This document shows positions 1 through 7,504 of a stretch of DNA of 64,000 nt, one piece after another. Source of the stretch: an uncultured Bacilli bacterium. GTDB lineage: Bacteria; Bacillota_I; Bacilli_A; RFN20; CAG-826. Both the position numbers and the translations under genes were made by a program. A model generated the notes under the pieces. The model made no database searches and had not been told where the DNA came from. It saw nothing but the letters and a program-made list of their open reading frames with translations. The DNA lies in the NCBI GenBank assembly GCA_934725985.1, contig CAKVCX010000001.1, forward strand, positions 815,963 through 879,962. The letters run 5' to 3'. Within the stretch, counting starts at the first letter, position 1; each line of letters begins with the position of its first letter.

Positions 1-112
1 CATTGACGTTACCAATGGTTGTGTTATTAAGCGCGTAGTTTGCACCTATTGCAGCTGCAAATAATAATGTTGTTCCAAGGCCGAAGATTGTTAATTTTGT
101 TTGTTTTTTCAT
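1..112 (-). CDS. 5' portion of a minus-strand gene for a secreted or membrane protein; its 3' end lies beyond the window start
   Basis: Reverse complement of 1-112 reads ATG AAA AAA CAA ACA AAA TTA ACA ATC TTC GGC CTT GGA ACA ACA..., i.e. MKKQTKLTIFGLGTTLLFAAAIGANYALNNTTIGNVN, a basic N-terminus followed by a hydrophobic signal-like stretch. An AAAGGGG ribosome-binding site lies 5 nt upstream of the ATG on the minus strand. The ORF track has no long ORF here because the gene is truncated by the window. Confidence 0.4.
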   Translation of the reverse strand, partial: MKKQTKLTIFGLGTTLLFAAAIGANYALNNTTIGNVN

Positions 113-363
113 AATTTCCCCTTTCTAAGGCGATAAAAATTGTAGCCTTGAAATCATTATTTTCAATAACTATTAAAAGATCATTTTTTGTGAATTTGCT
201 TTTTTGTTTGGACAATAATGAACTATAGTTCGTATGCTTTAGAAAATTTAGGATAATTATTATTAAATTAGCAAGCTTTACCCCCATTAAATTAAAAAAG
301 GCAAAATGAACCTTTTATTTATAAGACAATCTTTATAAATAGTTTATTGGTTTTCTAAATATA

Positions 364-392
364 TTGACAAGTAACCATTCGGTAACTAATAT
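364..392 (+). promoter_or_regulatory. Sigma-70-like promoter of the TetR operon: TTGACA, 17-nt spacer, TAATAT
   Basis: TTGACA at 364-369, a 17-nt spacer, and TAATAT at 387-392. An AAGGAG ribosome-binding site sits at 423-428 and the ATG at 436. Confidence 0.5.
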
Positions 393-413
393 TAAGCGTT
401 ACCGATTGGTAAC
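371..413 (+). promoter_or_regulatory. Two tandem TetR-type operator candidates (GTAACC-N4-GGTAAC and GTTACC-N4-GGTAAC) overlapping the promoter spacer and the +1 region
   Basis: GTAACCATTCGGTAAC (371-386) and GTTACCGATTGGTAAC (398-413). The second is an inverted repeat with 6-bp arms and a 4-nt spacer. Their position between the -35 and the ribosome-binding site of a tetR gene is typical of autoregulation. Confidence 0.4.
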
Positions 414-435
414 CAATTGTAAAAGGAGCATGGTC

Positions 436-1053
436 ATGGCAGAAAATACGAAGTCAAAAATTCTAGAAGTTGCTTTGGAATTATTTTCAAAAAATGGATA
501 TCTAGGTACTTCCATGAACGATATAGCAGCTAAACTTAAAATTACAAAACCTGCTTTATATAAGCATTATTTAAACAAACACGAAATACTTGATTCCATT
601 ATTAAAAACATGAACGAGATGGACAAAAAACGTGCTTTTGAATATGAAATGCCAGAAGTTAATCTTGAAGATTATGAAGAAGCTTATTTAAAAGCTCCAC
701 TAGAAAAGATAGAAGAATTTGCCCTCGCACAGTTTTCTCATTGGACTAAGGAAGAGTTTCCTTCTAGATTTAGAAAAATGTTGACTATTGAGCAATATAA
801 AGACATAGAAATGGCACATTTATATCAACATTATCTATCCACGGGTCCATTAAATTACATGAATAAGATATTTAGGAAAATGGTAAATTCGGATATTGAA
901 GCAATGCAATTAGCCTTAGATTTCTATGGACCTATTTATTTACTTTATAGCGTTTATGATGCTTTAGACGATAAAGAAGCGGTTTTAAAAATGCTTAAAA
1001 ACCATATTGACCGTTTTCTTGAAAACATGAAATCAAATGGAGAAAGGAAATGA
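436..1053 (+). CDS. TetR/AcrR family transcriptional regulator
   Basis: The N-terminal HTH signature MAENTKSKILEVALELFSKNGYLGTSMNDIAAKLKITKPALYKHY is classic TetR_N. The start was moved from the ORF-track ATG (364) to the ATG at 436, which has an AAGGAG ribosome-binding site 7 nt upstream. The ORF-track N-terminal extension would cover the promoter and operator. Confidence 0.85.
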   Translation: MAENTKSKILEVALELFSKNGYLGTSMNDIAAKLKITKPALYKHYLNKHEILDSIIKNMNEMDKKRAFEYEMPEVNLEDYEEAYLKAPLEKIEEFALAQFSHWTKEEFPSRFRKMLTIEQYKDIEMAHLYQHYLSTGPLNYMNKIFRKMVNSDIEAMQLALDFYGPIYLLYSVYDALDDKEAVLKMLKNHIDRFLENMKSNGERK

Positions 1054-1565
1054 TAGAAGCAATCGTCTATACTTCAAATACCGGCAGTGCTGCCTCCTAT
1101 GCAGACCTATTATCAAAAGAAACTATTTTGCCTGTCTATTCTTTAAAAGAGGCTTTAAATGTTTTGCCAAGAAAAAGCAAAATTATTTATATTGGTTGGA
1201 TTGCCGCTAGCAATATAAAAGGTTATAAAAAGGCTAACAAAAGATATCAAGTGGAAGCTATATGTGCAGTAGGGATGGGACAAAGCGGATCTCAAATAGA
1301 TATTATCCGAAAAAAATCTTCTATCTCATCATTTGTCCCCCTTTTTACATTGCAAGGAAATTTCAATGTTAAAAAGCTGCATGGATTTTATCGTCTTATG
1401 ATGAAAATTGTAGTTAGGATAAGCAGTAAATGTCTTTTAGCTAAAAAGGACAGGACAATAGAAGAAGACGATATGTTAGATATGATGCTACATGGCGGAG
1501 AAAGGGTTAAAAAGGAAAATTTAACCCAGATGTTAAATTGGTATAGAAACAATAGTAAAGAATAA
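1050..1565 (+). CDS. Flavodoxin-like domain protein (putative), translationally coupled to tetR by an ATGA overlap
   Basis: The N-terminus IVYTSNTGSAASYADLL resembles the flavodoxin-fold phosphate-binding loop (xVYxSxTGNT). The start overlaps the TetR stop. The family assignment is tentative. Confidence 0.45.
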   Translation: MIEAIVYTSNTGSAASYADLLSKETILPVYSLKEALNVLPRKSKIIYIGWIAASNIKGYKKANKRYQVEAICAVGMGQSGSQIDIIRKKSSISSFVPLFTLQGNFNVKKLHGFYRLMMKIVVRISSKCLLAKKDRTIEEDDMLDMMLHGGERVKKENLTQMLNWYRNNSKE

Positions 1566-1691
1566 TTATGCCGTTTATTTATTTTTAGAAATAAATGAAT
1601 AGTTTTAGGCTTATCAAACCAAATTGATTTTGAAATTGATGATCAAGATCTTTGTTAAATAGATTCTTTAAACGCGGAAAGGAAATTATAA

Positions 1692-2105
1692 ATGAAATTA
1701 TATTTTGGAAATGCGGTCACTAGTATAACGACCCTTATGAATATTGTTCTTCTTATATTTGTTATTTATTGCATTTTTAATCATGCAAATATTACTTATT
1801 GGGGGCGTAGAAGCTTGATACTTTTGATTTTCGGCCTTGTGGTTTGTTGCTTTGCTGCCGCTCGTGATGGCCTAGACAAAACAATCCAAAACGCCATAGA
1901 TTCTAATTGCAAGAAGGGGTTATTTTCATTAATTAGCATCCCTACAATAATAGGCTGTGTAGGCGCCTTGCTTATTATCGTTCCGGCTATTTTGACTTTA
2001 TTTATAAAAAACGAAAGCATGCGCGAGATATTCTTTTTTGTTATGTCTAGTGGGGTCATTTTAAAGATTCTAACGATAGAAATAGCTAGGATTTTTTATA
2101 GTTAA
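1692..2105 (+). CDS. Small integral membrane protein, hypothetical (about 4 TM helices)
   Basis: A 137-aa ORF with four long hydrophobic segments. A GGAAAGGAAATT ribosome-binding-like sequence lies upstream of the ATG. No recognisable family. Confidence 0.45.
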   Translation: MKLYFGNAVTSITTLMNIVLLIFVIYCIFNHANITYWGRRSLILLIFGLVVCCFAAARDGLDKTIQNAIDSNCKKGLFSLISIPTIIGCVGALLIIVPAILTLFIKNESMREIFFFVMSSGVILKILTIEIARIFYS

Positions 2106-2277
2106 ATAATAGAGTTACTAGTTTTTTTACTATTTAAAACCATTAAACATTAACCCCGCGTATGCTTCTTTTTTAGAATTGTTCTTATTTATCTTGGTTT
2201 GTTAGCAAAAAGGAAAGCCAATTGTTTTTAGCTTTTTTCTAAATAGCAACTCTAATTCTTTATGTTAAAATTAAAAC

Positions 2278-3051
2278 ATGGAGAAATATAAAATCTTTAT
2301 TCGCTTTTCTTCTTTTCTAGATAAGGCTACCCTTACTTCTTTTATTAAATATAACGCCTTAGATAGGCAAGATATCATTTTCTTTATAAAATGTTTAGAC
2401 GCAGAATTTGTTTCTTTTTCCGGATTTGAAAATATAGTTAAAGTAAATGATGACTTTGTTAATGATGCTGATGCTGAACTGACCTTTAATGAAACTGAAA
2501 AGAATTCTTTAATTGGTTTTGGCCTTGGCAAAAAGAAAACCAATTCTCTTGTTTTTCTTGACGAAAATATGGATGCCTTAACCTTAGAGACTTACTTAAA
2601 GGAAGCTTCTTGTCTAGCTACAGTTTTCATAAATAAGCAAAATGGGCATTATTCATTTAGCCATTGTTTGAATGAAAAAATAAATAGCAAGGCTATGCTT
2701 GTGGATTTAAAAGAAGAAAACATTAAAGAACTATTCAAAAAGCAGAATTCTTTTTTGCTTATTTCTTATAAAGATTTTTCTTTCCTTGAGAATGTTATAA
2801 ATGGGTATTTGGATTCTTTTTCTAATTTAAATTCTCCTGGAATATTTTCTTCAATTGGTAGCTTCTTTTTTAAAAATTACATGCCAAGTAACCAAATTCC
2901 TCCCTTTTCTTCGTTGATGACGGATTATAGGGTTTTATTAGGAAGAAAAAACCTTACTATTTCCATTGGTAAGGATTTATCTTTTTCTAATTATCAAGAT
3001 TTGTTTAGCAAAGTAATGGACTTAATAAAAGCAAGGAAAGAAAATGTATAA
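2278..3051 (+). CDS. Hypothetical cytoplasmic protein, translationally coupled to the downstream response regulator
   Basis: A 257-aa ORF with no signal peptide or TM helix. Its stop overlaps the response-regulator start by 8 nt (ATGTATAA), which suggests co-translation with the two-component system. No family recognised. Confidence 0.45.
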   Translation: MEKYKIFIRFSSFLDKATLTSFIKYNALDRQDIIFFIKCLDAEFVSFSGFENIVKVNDDFVNDADAELTFNETEKNSLIGFGLGKKKTNSLVFLDENMDALTLETYLKEASCLATVFINKQNGHYSFSHCLNEKINSKAMLVDLKEENIKELFKKQNSFLLISYKDFSFLENVINGYLDSFSNLNSPGIFSSIGSFFFKNYMPSNQIPPFSSLMTDYRVLLGRKNLTISIGKDLSFSNYQDLFSKVMDLIKARKENV

Positions 3052-4636
3052 GATTGTGTTTGTTGATGATGAGGAAGGGGTTAGGGAACGCGCTTTAACG
3101 ATGCTTGCTAAGTTAAGCAGTGATTTTTCTGTTGTTGGGGTATTTCAAAACGGTTACGATGCCTTGCTTAATATCCCTTCTTTAGAACCAGACATTGTTA
3201 TTACGGATATAAAAATGCCATTTATATCCGGGATCGAGCTTATAAAAGAGATAAAAATAGACTTGCCTCTTACCCAGTTTATTATTCTTTCTGGCTACGA
3301 CTCTTTTGATTATGCCAAGGAAGCCATTACTTTAGGTGTCAATGAATATTTGACAAAACCTCTTGTATATGAGGAATTAAAAGACGCTCTAATTAAAGTT
3401 AAGGAAACCTTAGATAGACAAACTCAAAACGAACGTGACATTTCATTTTTAAAGGAACGTGTCCAATATTCTTTAAGATTACTCCAAAACGAAGACTTGC
3501 AGAAGTTGATTACAATTAAGGATATGCCAAAAGATTTTAAAGAGAAATTAGAAAAAGATAAGTTGGATTTATCCTATCCTTTTCAACTGCTCCTTATTAT
3601 TGATTCCGATCAAGAAGACCCCCCTTATGAACAATTGGACTTTCTTCACATCTCTACAAGACAAATATTTGAAGAGGCATTTACTGGTAAAATTCAATTT
3701 TATTCATTTCTTTACGATGAACAGTTTGTTACGTTGCTGCTTTCAAACGATAAATTCGATGAGCAATCTCTTGGCAGAAAAATAAATGAGCTTCTTGCTA
3801 AGATAAAAAGAAATACTTCTATTTCTGTTTCGGCAGGTTTATCAGAATGTGTTGAGGGCGTGGTTAACTATAGAAAAATATATCGTCACGCTAAAAGAGC
3901 ACTTGAGTTCAGAACCGTCATGGGTGGAGGATCTGTTCTTTCGTTTACCGATTTAGAAAGGAATGAAGATGGAGAAATAATTGGAAAAGTAGACGAGAAC
4001 GAATACAAAAACATTTCTTACTTATTATCTTATGGCAAACAAGATAATGTTTTGGTTTCAATTGATAAACTTATAAGTAACATTTCTGACCCTTCCTTTA
4101 AGGATAGTTATTATTTTATTCTTTTAAATTTGATGGACTCTATTTTGAAATCGTGTATCTCGTTAAAGAAGTTATATTCTTGTTTTAATTCTCAAATCGA
4201 GTTAACGCAGGAACTCTACTCATTGAAGAGTAAACAAGCAACGATTAATTTTTTTCATTCCTTAGCTACTAAGGTTATGGAAATAAACAAAGAAAAAAGG
4301 ATGGAGGGTTTAGAATCTTCATTTGACCGCATTAAAAAATATATCGAGGCAAATTTTGCTAATAGCGATCTTTCCATTGTTGATTTGGCCAATGAGCTTT
4401 CTTTTTCCATTAGCTATATAACTACGATTTTAAAAAGAAATGGGACTACTTTTACCAAAATGGTCACCAAAGAAAGAATGGAAATGGCTTTCCATTTATT
4501 AAATTCTACCGATGAAAGGATTGTATCAATCGCTAAAGAAGTTGGATATAGCGACCCATATTATTTTTCTCATTGTTTTAAAAAGTTTTATAAGGTAAGT
4601 CCGGATGAATTTAGAAAAAACAAAGAAACCAAATAG
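3044..4636 (+). CDS. Two-component response regulator, YesN type (CheY-like receiver plus C-terminal AraC-type HTH)
   Basis: The receiver domain reads MYKIVFVDDEEGVRE...VITDIKMPFISGIELIKEIK...LTKP. The C-terminal AraC HTH reads IAKEVGYSDPYYFSHCFKKFYKVSPDEFRK. Confidence 0.9.
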   Translation: MYKIVFVDDEEGVRERALTMLAKLSSDFSVVGVFQNGYDALLNIPSLEPDIVITDIKMPFISGIELIKEIKIDLPLTQFIILSGYDSFDYAKEAITLGVNEYLTKPLVYEELKDALIKVKETLDRQTQNERDISFLKERVQYSLRLLQNEDLQKLITIKDMPKDFKEKLEKDKLDLSYPFQLLLIIDSDQEDPPYEQLDFLHISTRQIFEEAFTGKIQFYSFLYDEQFVTLLLSNDKFDEQSLGRKINELLAKIKRNTSISVSAGLSECVEGVVNYRKIYRHAKRALEFRTVMGGGSVLSFTDLERNEDGEIIGKVDENEYKNISYLLSYGKQDNVLVSIDKLISNISDPSFKDSYYFILLNLMDSILKSCISLKKLYSCFNSQIELTQELYSLKSKQATINFFHSLATKVMEINKEKRMEGLESSFDRIKKYIEANFANSDLSIVDLANELSFSISYITTILKRNGTTFTKMVTKERMEMAFHLLNSTDERIVSIAKEVGYSDPYYFSHCFKKFYKVSPDEFRKNKETK

Positions 4637-6344
4637 ACATTTCGCCTTAAAAACAGAGTTATTTGTTACTACTTTTATTTTGATGCTGCTATTTGTCGCT
4701 GGTCTATTTTCTTCCTTTATGGCTGTTTATTTTTCTTCGACTGAAGAGGTGTATCGCGATCAAGTTGCCTCAACTAGCGAAGAAACTATAAATAACTTCG
4801 AAATCTATATAGACAATGTTATTAATATTTCGAATTTGGTTGAGAAAAAGGTTAATTCCATTTCTTTATCTAGCGAAATAAAAGAAGATAAAAGTTATCT
4901 ATATTTTGATGAACTAATGGATTTCTCTAACGAAATCCGTTTTGTCTCCTTGTATAAGGAGAGTGGGGAGCTATTTGCTAAGAATACTTATTATCATTCT
5001 TCTGAAAGCTTAGAATCCGTTTTATCTTCTAAATGGTTTAATAATGCCAAAAATGAGCCTTTGGTTAATTCTTTTTCTAAGATTGAAGAAGGAAATTATT
5101 TTACCTTATCAAAGTTTATCAAAACCAATGAAGGCGATAATTATGTTTTGCGAATTCAATATTCCTTTGACAAAGTCATCTCCTTAATAAAAGGGTCTAA
5201 TTTAGGAGAGGGCGGACACGTTCTTATTTACGATAAAAACTATGATATGGTTTATTCTTCCGTTCCTAAAATCGATGAAAAAGAAATCTCATCAATAAAA
5301 AATATGGTAATAGGACAAACTACCTTTTCTATTAACGATAGTACTTATTATTTATATGTCTCGACTATTCAAAATACTGGTTGGAGGGTGGCCATTGCCA
5401 ATAATTTTGATGCAATAGTCAATGCTAAAGAATCCATAATTATTATTTTCAGTGTTGAATGTGTTTCTTTTATCATTGTCTTTTTATTGCTTATCTATTT
5501 AATAACAAATCAAATTACCAAACCTTTGGTGGCTTTAGAAAAAGAAATGGCAAAAGTAGAATCATTTGATTTTAAGGAAGCTACGAAAGAAAAAATAAAA
5601 GGCACAAAAGAAGTAATATCGCTAAATCAGTCATATATTAAGATGCTTAAGAGAATCCAAGAATTGGCCGCTAGGCTAATTGAAGAAGAAAAAGAGCAAA
5701 ACAAAGCCGAGCTTTTGGCCTTACAAAATCAGATTAATCCCCATTTTCTTTATAATACGCTTGACTCAATTTTACTGTTAATAGATAAAGGCGACAAGGA
5801 AAATGCTGGGAACATGATTATTGCTTTATCTAGGTTTTTCCGTATCTCTATCTCTAGGGGAAAAAATATCATTCCCGTTACTTCTGAATTAGATCACGTG
5901 CATTATTATCTTAAAATTCAAAAAATGAGATTTAAGGACAATTTTTCCTATGAATTGAATTATGATAAAAACGAAGTCGCTCCTTATTTTGTCATGAAAT
6001 TAATTCTTCAACCGATTGTAGAAAACGCGATTGTCCATGGCATTGGGGAACATCCAAAAGAAAATGCCAAAATAACTATTCAAGCCAAAGTAATTGATGC
6101 CTATCTTGTTTTTGAAATACGTGACAATGGTTATGGCATTCTTCCTGAAAAGCAAAAAGAAATACTATCTTCATTTTTAGATAAAAACGTACACGTGGGT
6201 GTAGGATTAAGCAATGTATATCATCGTATAAAACTTTTTTATGGTCCCCAAGCCGATATAAAAATAGAATCAAAAATGGATGTAGGAACAACAATAAGCA
6301 TTTTATTGCCGTTAGAAGGAGTAAAAAGCGATGAAGAAAAATAA
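4605..6344 (+). CDS. Sensor histidine kinase, YesM/LytS type (His_kinase plus HATPase), with an extracytoplasmic sensor domain of about 250 aa between two TM helices
   Basis: Two TM segments (about residues 20-42 and 282-305) flank a large extracellular domain. A HAMP-like linker is present. The His_kinase (PF06580-type) motif INPHFLYNTLDSI and the HATPase motif GVGLSNVYHRIKLFYG are present. The gene overlaps the regulator gene by 32 nt. Confidence 0.9.
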   Translation: MNLEKTKKPNRHFALKTELFVTTFILMLLFVAGLFSSFMAVYFSSTEEVYRDQVASTSEETINNFEIYIDNVINISNLVEKKVNSISLSSEIKEDKSYLYFDELMDFSNEIRFVSLYKESGELFAKNTYYHSSESLESVLSSKWFNNAKNEPLVNSFSKIEEGNYFTLSKFIKTNEGDNYVLRIQYSFDKVISLIKGSNLGEGGHVLIYDKNYDMVYSSVPKIDEKEISSIKNMVIGQTTFSINDSTYYLYVSTIQNTGWRVAIANNFDAIVNAKESIIIIFSVECVSFIIVFLLLIYLITNQITKPLVALEKEMAKVESFDFKEATKEKIKGTKEVISLNQSYIKMLKRIQELAARLIEEEKEQNKAELLALQNQINPHFLYNTLDSILLLIDKGDKENAGNMIIALSRFFRISISRGKNIIPVTSELDHVHYYLKIQKMRFKDNFSYELNYDKNEVAPYFVMKLILQPIVENAIVHGIGEHPKENAKITIQAKVIDAYLVFEIRDNGYGILPEKQKEILSSFLDKNVHVGVGLSNVYHRIKLFYGPQADIKIESKMDVGTTISILLPLEGVKSDEEK

Positions 6345-7371
6345 AGGGCTAATTTTCGTCTTCTTTCTTCTTTCTTTGATTTCTTGCTCTAGTAAGAAAG
6401 AGAATGTATCGATTTTTATTTATGATAATGAGGATACTTTCATCAACTCTTTATGTTCAAAGATAAATGAATGCTTCCAAAATGGAGGATATGAGGTCAA
6501 TCAATATGATTCTTTTCGTTCCCAAACATTGCAAAACAAGAACCTTCTTGATGCGCTAGAAAAAAAGAAAACGGACTTACTTTTAGTAAATCTAGTTGAT
6601 CGGCTTTCTTCTTCCGTTTGCATGGAAAAGGCAACCCAAACCAACACGCCTCTTATTTTCTTTAATCGCGAACCTTTGTCTTCTGATATGGCTAAGGTTT
6701 TAGAAAATAATGAAAATGTCTATTTTGTAGGCGCTAATCCCGAGGGGGAAGGAAGAAAACAAGCTGAGCTTTTGCTTTCTTTATTTACTGATAATGGTGT
6801 TTTAAAAAAAGAATATGATAAAAACAATAACGGAAAAATAGACATTGTTCTTTTAAAAGGGGAAATCGGCAATCAAGATAGTGAAAAAAGAAGCGAGGCC
6901 TTAATATCTGCCTTAACTAAAAGCGGTACCCCTTTTTCCATAATCGACTCTTCTTATTGCGATTGGCAAAAAGACAAGGCAAAACTAGCCATGGAAGAAA
7001 TAGCAAAAAAACATCTTTCTGATATTGAAATCGTTGTTTCTAATAACGATGACATGGCCTTGGGTGCGATTGATTATTGTTTGGAAAACGGCTTATTTGA
7101 AAAAGGCAAAAGCAAACAAATATTTCCTGTTATTTCCGTAGATGGAACCAAGGCGGCACTTCAATATATTAAAGACGGATTGCTTTATGCAACGGTAAAA
7201 AATGATGAAGTAAAACAAAGCAAGGCCATATATGAAATTGGTTACGATTTATTAAAGGATAAGAAAATCGACTCTTCCTTCCCTTATCAAATACAAAATA
7301 ACCATTCCATATATATCGATGGTGACATCATTACTAAAGAAAATGTCTCTTTTTTTGATAATTTAAATTAA
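6331..7371 (+). CDS. Periplasmic-binding-protein type I (sugar-binding, MglB/RbsB-like) lipoprotein, probably the ligand-sensing partner of the YesM/YesN system
   Basis: Lipoprotein signal MKKNKGLIFVFFLLSLISCSS. The PBP-I motifs occur in canonical order: TPLIFFNREP near residue 110, YFVGANPEGEGRKQAELL, IDIVLLKGEIGNQDSEKRSEAL and VVSNNDDMALGA near residue 240. The start overlaps the kinase stop by 14 nt, with a GGAG ribosome-binding site. Confidence 0.75.
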   Translation: MKKNKGLIFVFFLLSLISCSSKKENVSIFIYDNEDTFINSLCSKINECFQNGGYEVNQYDSFRSQTLQNKNLLDALEKKKTDLLLVNLVDRLSSSVCMEKATQTNTPLIFFNREPLSSDMAKVLENNENVYFVGANPEGEGRKQAELLLSLFTDNGVLKKEYDKNNNGKIDIVLLKGEIGNQDSEKRSEALISALTKSGTPFSIIDSSYCDWQKDKAKLAMEEIAKKHLSDIEIVVSNNDDMALGAIDYCLENGLFEKGKSKQIFPVISVDGTKAALQYIKDGLLYATVKNDEVKQSKAIYEIGYDLLKDKKIDSSFPYQIQNNHSIYIDGDIITKENVSFFDNLN

Positions 7372-7418
7372 GTTGTGTGTTTTTTTCAAAATCTGTGTGT
7401 TTTTTTCCATTTTCGTTA

Positions 7419-7450
7419 AAAGCGCTTTCTTTTACTATGTAAGCGCTTAC
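7419..7450 (+). promoter_or_regulatory. Two palindromes sharing the core AAGCGCTT, centres 21 bp apart, upstream of the ABC-transporter operon; candidate operator overlapping a weak promoter
   Basis: AAAGCGCTTT (7419-7428) and GTAAGCGCTTAC (7439-7450) are both perfect palindromes. TTACTT/TTACCA -35-like hexamers and a TAATTA -10-like hexamer follow. The AAAAGGAGG ribosome-binding site and ATG are at 7491-7507. Preceded by a twin TGTGTGTTTTTTTC direct repeat (7383-7416). Confidence 0.3.
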
Positions 7451-7504
7451 TTACCAGTCATAAGCACGGTAATTAATCAAAAAACGGAATAAAAGGAGGA
7501 AAAA

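Noticed and set aside
14-27. GTTACCAATGGT at the window start resembles the TetR operator half-sites at 371-413
   Set aside because: It lies inside the coding sequence of the truncated minus-strand gene, 350 bp from the tetR promoter, and is only a partial match. It is most likely chance in an AT-rich genome.
27-287. 86-aa minus-strand ORF from the ORF track
   Set aside because: It is in a different frame from, and overlaps, the much more convincing N-terminal exon of the truncated minus-strand gene (ATG at 112, with a ribosome-binding site). Its composition is typical of AT-rich noise.
364-435. ORF-track N-terminal extensions. The TetR ORF starts at 364. Similar cases are the GPH transporter at 14997, the Big_2 protein at 22403, the beta-helix lipoprotein at 29217, mntP at 43002, and the lipoproteins whose ORF-track extensions run to 48529 and 48575
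   Set aside because: In each case the first ATG of the open frame lies in promoter, operator or riboswitch sequence, or precedes a much better start (ribosome-binding site plus a signal peptide or a family-typical N-terminus). Starts were moved downstream by multiples of 3 nt.
1796-2059. 87-aa minus-strand ORF antisense to the 137-aa membrane-protein ORF
   Set aside because: It lies wholly inside another ORF, has no ribosome-binding site, and the two are mutually exclusive. The plus-strand ORF has clear TM periodicity. Similar antisense or short ORFs were rejected as shadows of the long ORFs: 2271-2543, 3600-3785, 6076-6294, 7624-8124, 8328-8605, 9078-9269, 9465-9908, 10474-11821, 12614-12811, 13352-13894, 15509-15730, 16036-16218, 17913-18230, 18973-19185, 20792-21314, 22651-22935, 23536-23718, 24074-24265, 25080-25689, 28010-28192, 29586-29786, 32412-32672, 33780-33968, 39929-40156, 40728-40980, 42969-43166, 44437-44625, 45259-45474, 46666-46851, 48117-48299, 50775-51077, 51708-51908, 52490-52675, 53449-53658, 54377-54577, 55234-55507, 55931-56155, 56556-56768, 59583-59777, 60611-60793, 62213-62428, 62800-63006 and 63517-63699.
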